A stretch of DNA of 64,000 nt from assembly GCA_934167755.1 (NCBI GenBank), contig CAKPLT010000006.1:14189-78188 (forward strand), written 5' to 3'. Below the pieces are notes generated by a model. It did not search any database. It was not told the DNA's origin and saw only the letters and a list, made by a program, of their open reading frames with translations. A program made the translations under genes and the position numbers. Shown here in pieces: positions 45,657 through 55,436 of this stretch (positions are counted from its first letter, which is position 1; each line of letters begins with the position of its first letter). The DNA comes from an uncultured Clostridia bacterium (GTDB taxonomy: Bacteria; Bacillota; Clostridia; TANB77; CAG-508).

Positions 45657-46028
45657 TTATACTATTTCATTTTTTTCTTGCTCTTTAGGTTTTCTAGCCA
45701 AGAATGGATATATTAATGTTAAAATTAGCCCTATTAATATTAAATAAAAACCTACAGAAAAATTTCTTGTTACATTCATTAACATTTTACTTGTTGTATT
45801 TATAAATAATATACAACTTATAATAGTAGGAATTAATTCCCAAAAACCTTTTTTTAATATTATTAAAATTACTGCAACAATTGTCAAACCAACAACAAAT
45901 TGTCCATCCCCAATAATATAATTAATTGATATCCCCATAACTGTTACCCAAGGTAAAAAACATCCTAAAATTATTAACCCACATCCTACAAGTCCTATAA
46001 TATTACTCATTTCTTTTATTTTTTTCAT
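45657..46028 (-). CDS. Small integral membrane protein (4 predicted TM), unknown function
   Basis: ORF with hydrophobic segments only. Confidence 0.4.
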   Translation of the reverse strand: MKKIKEMSNIIGLVGCGLIILGCFLPWVTVMGISINYIIGDGQFVVGLTIVAVILIILKKGFWELIPTIISCILFINTTSKMLMNVTRNFSVGFYLILIGLILTLIYPFLARKPKEQEKNEIV

Positions 46029-46041
46029 ACAAACTTCTCCT

Positions 46042-47211
46042 TTATTTCAAATTTATTATATATTCTTTTGTTTCTGCTGTCTTATAATCAATTTTTGTAA
46101 TAATTAGTTTCATTTTATTACTTTTATCTGTTTCAAAATATAAATCTCCACTTATATTTTCTCCTGCAAGTACAATTGGGCTTATTGATTTCGAAAATAT
46201 TTGTTTATCTGATATTTTTTCAGAGTTATCTTTTTCTAATTCAAAACTTCCAATTGTTATAAAATCTTCCTGACCTTTATTACTAATTGTCAAATTAATC
46301 TTTACATACTTTGCTCCATCATTTTCATCTTGAATTTCCTCTACCGAATTCACAATTATGTTCACTTCATTACTAATTTCTATATTTTCACCTATATTAG
46401 TAACACCATCCTTATATTCAAAGTTTTCTCCTTTATATTTTAACATACCAAATATTATCACTATAAGTACAACTAATATAACTAAGTTTTTTATTCCAAA
46501 TGTACTTATTTTTTTATTATCTAAATTATTATCTTTCAGTATCGATTTTATTATTGATATTACATAAATAAGCACTATAGCTTCAAATAATATTATTATC
46601 GTTATAGCTAATTGATTTCCACTATGAAGAGCATAATCATATATTCCATGATATATGCTTGGAATTATTATGCAAAAAATCATATTTATTATGTATTTAA
46701 ATTTTTTATTTTCTTTTTTATAATTTATAGCTATACTAATTAAAATTCCCATAATTAAGCCATACATTACATGACCTGTAATTGATAAAAGTCCCCTAAT
46801 TACTCCTGATCCAATTAAGTCTTTAGCTTCAATCAAATACAAAATATTTTCAAATCCTGCAAATGCTAATGCAGAAAAACCGCATAATACGACTGGAGCA
46901 TAAAAAGTTTTACAATTTTCGCTTTTTATACCTAAAAAATATGCTGGAATAAATTTTGCAATTTCTTCTAACATACCTATTCCAATAATATTGGCCATTA
47001 GCATTGTATATATATTATTTTGTACCATATTAGCAAGTACATATTCTTCAGCAAATGCAGCAATACATGCAAGAATAATTTCACTAATAATTATTTTAAT
47101 TATTAATTTTTTAGGAATATGTTCATTTTCTTTTTTATTAAGACATTTAGCTGCAACTATAACAGGCACAGCTGCTAAAATAATGAATATTAAAACATTC
47201 AAATTAATCAC
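46042..47211 (-). CDS. PrsW-like intramembrane protease fused to an extracellular beta-sandwich (DUF4352-like) domain
   Basis: Polytopic. EEIAKF (EExxK) and HGIYDY (HxxxD) resemble PrsW-family motifs. The C-terminal 130 aa are soluble and beta-rich. Confidence 0.5.
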   Translation of the reverse strand: MINLNVLIFIILAAVPVIVAAKCLNKKENEHIPKKLIIKIIISEIILACIAAFAEEYVLANMVQNNIYTMLMANIIGIGMLEEIAKFIPAYFLGIKSENCKTFYAPVVLCGFSALAFAGFENILYLIEAKDLIGSGVIRGLLSITGHVMYGLIMGILISIAINYKKENKKFKYIINMIFCIIIPSIYHGIYDYALHSGNQLAITIIILFEAIVLIYVISIIKSILKDNNLDNKKISTFGIKNLVILVVLIVIIFGMLKYKGENFEYKDGVTNIGENIEISNEVNIIVNSVEEIQDENDGAKYVKINLTISNKGQEDFITIGSFELEKDNSEKISDKQIFSKSISPIVLAGENISGDLYFETDKSNKMKLIITKIDYKTAETKEYIINLK

Positions 47212-47435
47212 CTCCTTGCATCCCTCTTTTAGTTCTAATATGTTTAGTATTTTTATACAAGTAAGTACTTTTTTATTTTTTCGGATAATAACTTATTGTT
47301 TTTGAAAAAAATATTATTGTGTCTAATTTCATCCATCCACTTACTCCTTCATTTGTATTATAGTTTCAGTTTATCATATTATATTTTTTTATGCAATATA
47401 TTTTAACTCTTTATAATTATACTTTAATTTTGTTT

Positions 47436-47480
47436 GGTTTCGTAATGAATCGAGAAATGAAATGCAAAGCTATTATTTTA
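47436..47480. repeat. Family-3 solo unit
   Basis: GGTTTCGTAATGAATCGAGAAATGAAATGCAAAGCTATTATTTTA. It is close to the reverse complement of 51425-51480. Confidence 0.75.
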
Positions 47481-47519
47481 TGATTTTATTTTTTTCAAAA
47501 AGCGTACCTATCCCATTTT

Positions 47520-48368
47520 TTATAATTTCCTTATTTTATCAATATTTTTCATAACAGTCTCATACCCAAACTTGTAGCACTTATCCAACTTTTCAATATC
47601 AAATAAGCCTGCTCTATCAGTCGGAACAGTAAGAATCAAATCACTCTGTTCAAAACTCTTTTCAGAAATCTTATTTCCCATAATATCAAGAGTTTTCATT
47701 GTTATATCCATAACATCACTATCAATTTCAACTGGATCAGCCTTGAAATTCACAGCAATGACTTTTTTATTATATATCTGTTTTAATGGCAAAACTGGGG
47801 TATTATCTAAAACTCCACCATCCATAAAAATATGATTTTTATATTCACATGGACAAAAAAAGGCAGGGAAGCTACTACTTGCTCTTACTGCCTTTCCTAT
47901 TCCTATTTCTGTAATAAAATTATCACAATAATTATCTCTTTTTGCACAATTTGTTAATATATATTCTTTCGCTTCCGAAATATCAACAGTAGAAATAACA
48001 AGTGGCATTCTTTTTATATCTCCAATTACTCTTACTCCTTTTCTTAATGCAAGTTCATTAAACATTTTTTCCATTAATGTTCCATCATTAAGACCTGATA
48101 TTCCTAGCTTTTTTCTTTTTACCAAACTTCCTATTCCATTTATTATAGGTGCATTTCCTATATTTATGATTTCTTGAGCATATTTTTTGAATAGCACATA
48201 TATGTAATACGGTTTATAACCCATTGCATATAATGTTGCAACAATGCTACCTGCACTTGTTCCAGCTATAGCCTCCACTTTTACCCTATTATCCTCTAAT
48301 GCTTTTAAAACTCCTGCATGTGCAATTCCTCTAATTCCACCACCAGCTAGTGCTATTCCAATTTCCAT
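47520..48368 (-). CDS. Patatin-like phospholipase
   Basis: GIALAGGGIRG (oxyanion), GTSAGS (GxSxG), MDGGVLDN (DGG). ATG 48368 lies 5 nt after GGAGG. Confidence 0.85.
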   Translation of the reverse strand: MEIGIALAGGGIRGIAHAGVLKALEDNRVKVEAIAGTSAGSIVATLYAMGYKPYYIYVLFKKYAQEIINIGNAPIINGIGSLVKRKKLGISGLNDGTLMEKMFNELALRKGVRVIGDIKRMPLVISTVDISEAKEYILTNCAKRDNYCDNFITEIGIGKAVRASSSFPAFFCPCEYKNHIFMDGGVLDNTPVLPLKQIYNKKVIAVNFKADPVEIDSDVMDITMKTLDIMGNKISEKSFEQSDLILTVPTDRAGLFDIEKLDKCYKFGYETVMKNIDKIRKL

Positions 48369-48432
48369 AAAAACCTCCACTTATAATTTTCTTTTCCTAA
48401 AAATTATTTACTATTTTCTATGTTTTTAAACA

Positions 48433-49830
48433 CTATTTTGTGATAATTTTTCCATTGTCATCTAGAAGAGTCTCTTGTTCATCATTATAAATTCTCACAC
48501 CATCATCAAGTATATCTATATTAGCATTACTCATCTCTAATGCTAAATCAAATTGATTATCATAAATATCAGTTTTTTCATCAGAAAAATCTCTTGCTTG
48601 GAAAATGTTTTTTCCTTTAATTAATTGAATCAAATCATAATTAAAATCAACAACAACATTTTCTTCTAAATCAATTACTCCAACTTTATCCTGTTCGTTT
48701 GTTGCAATAAAATATTTATCATATGCATATTCTAAAAAATGATAATTTTGTTGAGTAATTTGTTCAAAATCTGAATTTAATATAGAATATTTTCCATCTT
48801 CAATTTTTATAAAATACTTGGTACTTGATGTGCTCATAATATATGTATTAAAAGGAATATCAACTGTTTTTCCATCTACATCAAAAACTTTTTGTTCTTC
48901 TCCTTTAACTCCATATAAATAAATTCCATTTACCGTTAATTCTGAATATTCTGTTGGTATGACTTCTACACCTTTTAAATTTACAGCTCCGAACTGGCCT
49001 GTCCTCTCAACTATAAATATTTGTAAATCTTGATTATAGTCTATAGATTGATATTGTGTATTAATTATTTTACTGTTATTTATAAATACACCATATTGAC
49101 CATTTTTAGCAGCAATTAAATATATATCATTTTTCATCTGAGTCAATCTTTTAATTTGATTATATTCTTCTGTTAAAACTTGCTCTCCATCATAATCATA
49201 ATATCCATATCTATATCCATCACTTGTTGTTACACGAACAATATAACCAGATTTTTTGTAACCATTTTCATCTGTATAATATCCATCAGAATCTATAGAA
49301 TCATATTTATTAGGTATTTTTACATTTCCCTTTTCATCCATTATTCCATACTCACCATTTTGCTTAATTAGAACTTCTCCTTCTTTTTGAGCAAAATTTG
49401 TAAGTTCTTCATATTTTGCACCTGTAACAGTGTTTCCTGCAATACTTAATAAACCATATTTACCGTTTTTCTCATATTTCAAAATATTTCTTTCATATTT
49501 CGAATCATCATATTCTATTAATTCAACATTATCATAATTGGTAAAAATCTCTTTATCTGTGGCATCAACAAATTTATGTTCCTCACCATTTTTACACATA
49601 AATACTGCTCTATGTTCATTTGGAATAATTATATTATCATATTGTGGTTCTATAACTGTTTCTCCATTTTCTGCTACTCCAACTTTACCATCTTTTTCTA
49701 TTGTTGAATAATTTATTGTAACATCTTCTTTTTCAGTTTTTAATTTTTCCCTATTGGGTATATATATTGATATTACTAAACTTATTAATACAATAACAAC
49801 AACTATTGTTATACTTATTTTTTTCGACAT
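48433..49830 (-). CDS. WG/KWG-repeat protein with N-terminal membrane anchor
   Basis: Repeated modules of the type KDGKVGVAENGETVIEPQYDNI, KNGKYGLLSIAGNTVTGAKYEEL and QNGEYGIMDEKGNVKIPNKYDSI. Confidence 0.7.
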   Translation of the reverse strand: MSKKISITIVVVIVLISLVISIYIPNREKLKTEKEDVTINYSTIEKDGKVGVAENGETVIEPQYDNIIIPNEHRAVFMCKNGEEHKFVDATDKEIFTNYDNVELIEYDDSKYERNILKYEKNGKYGLLSIAGNTVTGAKYEELTNFAQKEGEVLIKQNGEYGIMDEKGNVKIPNKYDSIDSDGYYTDENGYKKSGYIVRVTTSDGYRYGYYDYDGEQVLTEEYNQIKRLTQMKNDIYLIAAKNGQYGVFINNSKIINTQYQSIDYNQDLQIFIVERTGQFGAVNLKGVEVIPTEYSELTVNGIYLYGVKGEEQKVFDVDGKTVDIPFNTYIMSTSSTKYFIKIEDGKYSILNSDFEQITQQNYHFLEYAYDKYFIATNEQDKVGVIDLEENVVVDFNYDLIQLIKGKNIFQARDFSDEKTDIYDNQFDLALEMSNANIDILDDGVRIYNDEQETLLDDNGKIITK

Positions 49831-49979
49831 ATTAATCCTTCTTTCGTCTTTGATATTTTTATTTTACTATTTTAATACTTATTTTTCAATATTTTTTCGC
49901 ATTTTCCTTGTTTTTTTTGATAGAGTATTATATAATCTTTACATAATAATGAAAATGATTATCTTAAGGGGGATATACT

Positions 49980-51368
49980 ATGACAAATTTAACAATAAAA
50001 GATTTATACAGAAATACTTCAGAATATGAAAAAAAATCAGTTACTCTTGAAGGATGGGTTAAAACTGTTAGAGATTCAAAAACATTCGGATTTATAGAAC
50101 TAAATGATGGTTCTTTTTTTAAGAATGTTCAAATTGTATTTAATGATTCTTTAGCAAATTTTAGTGAGATTACAAAACTTACAATAAGTTCTTGTATTAA
50201 AGTTACTGGAACAGTTGTTATTACTGAAAATGCAAAGCAACCTTTTGAAATTCAAGCAACTGAAATTATTATAGAAAACTTATGTGATGCAGATTACCCA
50301 CTTCAAAAGAAAAGACATTCTTTTGAATATTTGCGTACAATAGCTCATCTTCGTCCTAGAACAAATACTTTTAATGCAGTATTTAGAATTAGAAGTGTTG
50401 CAGCATTTGCAATTCATGAATATTTTCAAGATCGTGGATATGTTTATATTCATACTCCTATAATTACATGTGCTGACTGCGAAGGTTCTGCTGAAATGTT
50501 TAAATTAACAACTTTAAACCTTGATGAAGAATTACCTAAAAAAGACGGACAAACAGACTTTTCTCAAGACTTATTTGGTAGAAAAGCTTATATTACAGGA
50601 TCTGGTCAATTACATGGTGAAACATTTGCATCTGCATTTGGAAAAATCTATACATTTGGTCCAACATTAAGAAGTGAAAATTCAAATACAAAAACACATG
50701 CAAATGAATTTTGGATGATTGAACCTGAAATATCATTTTGCGATTTAGATGGATTAATGGATATTGAAGAAGATTGTTTAAAATATATAGTTAAAACAGT
50801 TATGGATAAATGCCCTGAAGAAATAGATTTTTGCAATACATTTATTGAAAAAGGCTTAAAAGAAAAACTAACAAAAATATTAAATTCAGAATTTGTTAGA
50901 ATTGACCACAAAGAAGCTATCAATATCTTGAAAAAAGCTGATAGAGAATGGGAATTTAAACCAGACTATGGTGAAGACTTAGCTAAAGAACATGAAAAAT
51001 ATATTACAGAATATTTTAATGGTCCAGTATTTGTTAAAAACTGGCCTAAAGATATTAAATCTTATTATATGAAACTTAACCCAGATGGTAAAACAGTTGC
51101 TGCTGTTGACCTTGAAGTTCCAGGTGCTGGAGAAATTATGGGTGGTTCTCAAAGAGAAGAAGATTATGAAAAATTATGTGCTAGAATGAAAGAAATGGGA
51201 ATTGCAACAGATCCTTTATATTGGTATCTAGATTTGCGTAGATATGGTTCTAATATTCATTCTGGATTTGGTCTGGGTTTTGAAAGATTACTTATGTATA
51301 TTACTGGTATAGAAAACATTAGAGATGTTATTCCTTATCCTAGAACTCCAAATAATTGCGACTTCTAA
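49980..51368 (+). CDS. asnS: Asparagine--tRNA ligase
   Basis: OB-fold N-terminal part (GWVKTVRDSKTFGFIELNDGS) and class II motifs (FRIRS, GGSQRE, GFGLGFERL). Confidence 0.95.
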   Translation: MTNLTIKDLYRNTSEYEKKSVTLEGWVKTVRDSKTFGFIELNDGSFFKNVQIVFNDSLANFSEITKLTISSCIKVTGTVVITENAKQPFEIQATEIIIENLCDADYPLQKKRHSFEYLRTIAHLRPRTNTFNAVFRIRSVAAFAIHEYFQDRGYVYIHTPIITCADCEGSAEMFKLTTLNLDEELPKKDGQTDFSQDLFGRKAYITGSGQLHGETFASAFGKIYTFGPTLRSENSNTKTHANEFWMIEPEISFCDLDGLMDIEEDCLKYIVKTVMDKCPEEIDFCNTFIEKGLKEKLTKILNSEFVRIDHKEAINILKKADREWEFKPDYGEDLAKEHEKYITEYFNGPVFVKNWPKDIKSYYMKLNPDGKTVAAVDLEVPGAGEIMGGSQREEDYEKLCARMKEMGIATDPLYWYLDLRRYGSNIHSGFGLGFERLLMYITGIENIRDVIPYPRTPNNCDF

Positions 51369-51374
51369 AAATAA

Positions 51375-51406
51375 AAAAACAGGTACATTTTTGTTGCCTG
51401 TTTTTT
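51375..51406 (+). terminator. Terminator of asnS
   Basis: AAAAACAGG ... CCTGTTTTTT. The loop and 5' arm (AGGTACATTTTTG) resemble a half unit of repeat family 1. Confidence 0.55.
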
Positions 51407-51424
51407 ATAATATATAAAAAAGAA

Positions 51425-51480
51425 AATAATAACTTTGCATTACATTCCTCGACTCATTACGAAACTTAAGAAATTCTAAC
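51425..51480. repeat. Family-3 solo unit (reverse orientation)
   Basis: The reverse complement is GTTAGAATTTCTTAAGTTTCGTAATGAGTCGAGGAATGTAATGCAAAGTTATTATT. It matches 24199-24240 at all but 2 positions over 42 nt. Confidence 0.85.
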
Positions 51481-52809
51481 TTATTTTATAAAAGATGTAT
51501 CATAATTATTATTCACAAAATCCTTATTTTCCAAAATCTGATACAAAAAATCTCTATTAGTATCAATGCCCTCAATAACCAACTCAGCAATAGCACTTTT
51601 CATTTTCTCAATAGACTCTTCCCTATTTTTGCCATGAACAATAATTTTAGCAAGCATTGAGTCATAATTTTGTGGTACAGTATACCCATCATATATAGCA
51701 GTATCCACTCTTATCCCATTGCCACCTGGTAAATGAAGTCCTGTAATAGTTCCAGGACAAGGCATAAAATTCTTACTTGGATTTTCTGCATTTACGCGAA
51801 CTTCAAGGCTATGTCCATCAATTTTTATATCTTTTTGAGAATATATCAATTTTTCTCCACTTGCAATTTTAATTTGTTCCTTTATAATATCAACATCAGT
51901 TACCATTTCTGTTACAGGATGTTCAACCTGTACTCTAGTATTCATTTCCATAAAATAAAAATCTTTATTTTTATCAACTAAAAACTCTATTGTACCAGCA
52001 TTACTATATCCAATTTCTTTTACAGCTTTTACAGCTTTTTCTCCCATTTTATTTCTTATTTCATCAGATATAAAACTACTTGGTGTTTCCTCCATAATTT
52101 TTTGATTTCGTCTTTGTATTGAGCAATCTCTATCTCCTAAGTATATACAATTTCCATATTCATCAGCAAGAATTTGAATCTCTATGTGTCTCGGATTTTC
52201 GATAAATTTTTCCATATACAAACTATCATCATTAAATGAAATCTTAGCCTCTTGTTTTACAATATCATATTCTTTTTTCAATTCTTCTTCTGTGTATGCA
52301 ATTCTAATTCCTCTACCTCCTCCACCTGCTGATGCTTTTAAAATTACAGGATATTTAATATTTTTAGCAAGTTCAAGTGCTTGGCTTTTTGACTTAACCA
52401 AGCCTTTTGAACCTGGTACCACTGGAACTCCAGCATTTTTCATAGTTTCTTTTGCCTTTGACTTATTTCCTAATAATTCTATCAATTCATATTTAGGACC
52501 TATAAATTTTATTCCAATGTCTTCACATAATTTAGCAAATTTAGCGTTTTCAGATAAAAATCCAAAACCAGGATGTATACTGTCAGCTCCTGTTAAACAT
52601 GCTGCTTCTAATATGGCTTTAATATTTAAATAACTTTTACTTGATTGAGCAGGTCCTATACAAATGGCTTCATCAGCTAAAGTTTTATGTAATGCATTTT
52701 TGTCTGCTTCTGAATACACAGCTACTGTTCTTATTCCCATTTCTCTACATGCTCTAATTATTCTTACTGCTATTTCACCACGGTTTGCTATTAACACTTT
52801 TTTTAACAT
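51481..52809 (-). CDS. accC: Acetyl-CoA carboxylase, biotin carboxylase subunit
   Basis: MLKKVLIANRGEIAVRIIRAC, GGGGRGIR, EMNTRVQVEHPVTE. Confidence 0.95.
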   Translation of the reverse strand: MLKKVLIANRGEIAVRIIRACREMGIRTVAVYSEADKNALHKTLADEAICIGPAQSSKSYLNIKAILEAACLTGADSIHPGFGFLSENAKFAKLCEDIGIKFIGPKYELIELLGNKSKAKETMKNAGVPVVPGSKGLVKSKSQALELAKNIKYPVILKASAGGGGRGIRIAYTEEELKKEYDIVKQEAKISFNDDSLYMEKFIENPRHIEIQILADEYGNCIYLGDRDCSIQRRNQKIMEETPSSFISDEIRNKMGEKAVKAVKEIGYSNAGTIEFLVDKNKDFYFMEMNTRVQVEHPVTEMVTDVDIIKEQIKIASGEKLIYSQKDIKIDGHSLEVRVNAENPSKNFMPCPGTITGLHLPGGNGIRVDTAIYDGYTVPQNYDSMLAKIIVHGKNREESIEKMKSAIAELVIEGIDTNRDFLYQILENKDFVNNNYDTSFIK

Positions 52810-52824
52810 ATTTCCTCCTAAATT

Positions 52825-53247
52825 TTACACAACTGCAAAAGTTAATTCACCTTTTGCTACAACTTTGCCATCAACTGTTGCAATAGTTTCTCCAACTCCA
52901 ACTGGACCTTTTCTTTTTATTATTTTTACTTCTAATTTTAAAACATCACCTGGAACAACCATTTTTTTAAATTTCATTTTGTCTATTCCTCCAAATAATG
53001 CATTTTTTCCTTTATTTTCATCCATACTTAATATTGCTACAGCTCCTGTTTGAGCTAATGCTTCTGTTATTAGTACTCCTGGCATTATTGGATTTCCAGG
53101 AAAATGTCCTTGAAAATACCATTCATTTATATTTACATTTTTATACGCTATCGCACTTTCACCTGGCACAAATTCTTCTACCTTATCTATCATTAAAAAA
53201 GGTGCTCTTTGTGGTATTATTTTTTCTATTTCTTTTATATTTAACAT
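52825..53247 (-). CDS. fabZ: 3-hydroxyacyl-ACP dehydratase FabZ
   Basis: IPQRAPFLMIDKV, FQGHFPGNPIMPGVLITEALAQ. Confidence 0.95.
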   Translation of the reverse strand: MLNIKEIEKIIPQRAPFLMIDKVEEFVPGESAIAYKNVNINEWYFQGHFPGNPIMPGVLITEALAQTGAVAILSMDENKGKNALFGGIDKMKFKKMVVPGDVLKLEVKIIKRKGPVGVGETIATVDGKVVAKGELTFAVV

Positions 53248-53294
53248 TAAAAATTTCCTTTCTATAAAATGCTATTCAAAATCATATTATTGCT

Positions 53295-53735
53295 TTACTT
53301 TATTTTAAATAAGACACTTCCATATTCAACCATATCTTCATCTTTTTTGCAAATTTCTACAACTTCTCCGTCAAATTCTGCTTCTATTTCATTCATTAAT
53401 TTCATTGCCTCAACTATACAAACAACTTGACCTTTTTTTACTTTGTCTCCAACTTTTACAAATGGTTCTGCCTTTGGTGAAGATTTTGAATAAAATGTTC
53501 CTACCATTGGTGATTTTATCTCATTATATTTTTCATCATACTTAATCACATCATCAGATACTTTTGTGATTTGATTAATGTCATTTGATACATTTTGAAC
53601 ACTTGTGATAGTTTCTGTATCATTTTTTTCCTTATTCATTTTTATTTTTAATCCATCAGGGAATTCAATTTCCAATGTATCTAATTTTGAACTTCCCATA
53701 TCTTGTATTATCTTTCTTATTTCATTATAATCCAT
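53295..53735 (-). CDS. accB: Biotin carboxyl carrier protein AccB
   Basis: C-terminal CIVEAMKLMNEIEA biotinylation motif. Confidence 0.9.
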   Translation of the reverse strand: MDYNEIRKIIQDMGSSKLDTLEIEFPDGLKIKMNKEKNDTETITSVQNVSNDINQITKVSDDVIKYDEKYNEIKSPMVGTFYSKSSPKAEPFVKVGDKVKKGQVVCIVEAMKLMNEIEAEFDGEVVEICKKDEDMVEYGSVLFKIK

Positions 53736-53803
53736 TTTTTCTCCTTTACAAATTTAATTTATGGTGATATAATATTTACATAAAAAACTAGGAGGATTAA
53801 CCT

Positions 53804-54112
53804 ATGGAATCATTTTATAATCGGTGTTTAAAGCTCAGAAGATTTTATCTTAAAAGAGAAACAGATAACACCAAAATTATTCTTTTATCAAAGTTATTTG
53901 CTCTTTCATTTTACAATGAAGAGCAAACACTAGATGACTTGCCAAAAGAAAAGTCTCTAGAAATTGATTGTTCTGACTTAACCATATATGTCCCAAACAT
54001 TGAAAATTCTTTATCACAAGTTTTATTTGATTTAGAATTTACTAAATTTAATATTTGGCACAACAAAAATTACAATCTTTTTCACAAAATAAACTTCATT
54101 ATAAAAGAATAG
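53804..54112 (+). CDS. Hypothetical 102-aa protein, opposite strand inside the fab/acc cluster
   Basis: AGGAGG 8 nt upstream of the ATG, and its own terminator at 54134-54160. No family recognised. Confidence 0.45.
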   Translation: MESFYNRCLKLRRFYLKRETDNTKIILLSKLFALSFYNEEQTLDDLPKEKSLEIDCSDLTIYVPNIENSLSQVLFDLEFTKFNIWHNKNYNLFHKINFIIKE

Positions 54113-54133
54113 TACCCATATCTAACACCGAGA

Positions 54134-54160
54134 AGGAAGCCACAATGTGGCTTTCTTTTT
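54134..54160 (+). terminator. Terminator of the 53804 ORF
   Basis: AGCCAC aat GTGGCT, followed by TTCTTTTT. Confidence 0.55.
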
Positions 54161-54184
54161 CCCATTTCTTAGTCTCTCCCAATC

Positions 54185-55420
54185 TTATTTCATCTTTTTT
54201 AGCAATATAGTTGCATTGTGTCCTCCAAATCCTAATGAATTTGACATTGCGTAATTTACTTCTACATTTCTACCTTTATTGGGAACAATATCCAAATCAC
54301 ATTCTTCATCAGGAACTTGGTAATTTATAGTTGGTGGAACAAAATCATCTTGAATTGATTTTGCACATATAACAGCTTCAATTCCACCGGCTGCACCAAG
54401 TAAATGCCCTGTATTACCTTTTGTTGAACTCATCATTACTGTTTTAGCAGCATCTCCAAAAGCTGTTTTTACAGCTTCTGTTTCTCCCGAATCATTAAGA
54501 TGTGTAGAAGTGCCATGTGCATTTATATATGTAATTTCTTCTGGTTTAACAACAGCTTCTTTCATTGCAATTTTCATTGCTCTTGCACCACCTTCGCCAC
54601 CAGGAGCAGGTGAAGTTATATGATAAGCATCTGAAGTTGCACCATAACCAACAACTTCAGCATAAATTTTTGCTCCTCTTGCCTTTGCGTGTTCAAGCTC
54701 TTCTAATACAATAATTCCTGCACCTTCTCCCATAACAAAACCGCTTCTTTCTTTATCAAATGGAATACTAGCTCTATTTTTATCAGTTATTTGAGTTAAT
54801 GCTTTTATGTTTGTAAATCCTGCAATACCTGATGGAGTAATAGAAGCTTCTGTTCCTCCAGCAATAATTACATCTTGATATCCATGTTTAATCATTCTAA
54901 AGCCTTCACCAATACAATGAGTACCACTAGCACAAGCAGTAACCATAGAAATTGATTCACCTTTTGCTCCAAGATCTATCGTCACATTTCCCGCAGCCAT
55001 ATTACCTATTGTCATTGGAATATACATTGGAGAAATTCTATCTGGACCTTTTTCAATCATCTTTTCTATATTTTTTTCAATATTTTCAAGTCCTCCTATA
55101 CCAGAACCAACTATAACTCCAACTCTAGTCATATTTTCCTTTTCTTTATCTAATCCACTGTCTTTCCAAGCCTCTCTTGATGCTACAATTGCAAAATGTG
55201 AAAATCTGTCCATTCTTTTTGCTTCTCTTTTATCTAAGTAATCTTCTGCATTAAACCCTTTCACCTCGCCTGCTAATTTTACTTTAAAATCACTTGTATC
55301 AAATCTTGTTATTTCATCAATTCCACATTTTCCTTCTTTGATTCCATTCCAAAATTCTTCCACATTATTTCCTATTGGAGTTATTGCTCCAAGTCCTGTT
55401 ATTACAACTCTTCTTTCCAT
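54185..55420 (-). CDS. fabF: 3-oxoacyl-ACP synthase II FabF
   Basis: MERRVVITGLGAITPIG..., ACASGTH, HGTST, GHLLGAAG. The upstream 36 codons in the track ORF are a translated repeat (EKMYPVQN twice), so I start the gene at ATG 55420. Confidence 0.95.
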   Translation of the reverse strand: MERRVVITGLGAITPIGNNVEEFWNGIKEGKCGIDEITRFDTSDFKVKLAGEVKGFNAEDYLDKREAKRMDRFSHFAIVASREAWKDSGLDKEKENMTRVGVIVGSGIGGLENIEKNIEKMIEKGPDRISPMYIPMTIGNMAAGNVTIDLGAKGESISMVTACASGTHCIGEGFRMIKHGYQDVIIAGGTEASITPSGIAGFTNIKALTQITDKNRASIPFDKERSGFVMGEGAGIIVLEELEHAKARGAKIYAEVVGYGATSDAYHITSPAPGGEGGARAMKIAMKEAVVKPEEITYINAHGTSTHLNDSGETEAVKTAFGDAAKTVMMSSTKGNTGHLLGAAGGIEAVICAKSIQDDFVPPTINYQVPDEECDLDIVPNKGRNVEVNYAMSNSLGFGGHNATILLKKMK

Positions 55421-55436
55421 TTCAATTTCCTTTCTT

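Noticed and set aside
47256-47336. 27-aa minus-strand mini-ORF (MDEIRHNNIFFKNNKLLSEKIKKYLLV) with AAGGAG 7 nt upstream, between the patatin and PrsW-like genes
   Set aside because: It is too short and has no recognisable features. The only support is an RBS-like purine run, which is common in this AT-rich DNA. It is noted for completeness only.
49831-49979. T-box or other riboswitch leader upstream of asnS
   Set aside because: The leader is only ~150 nt, extremely AT-rich, and lacks any recognisable T-box sequence or specifier/antiterminator arrangement. No terminator hairpin precedes the start codon.
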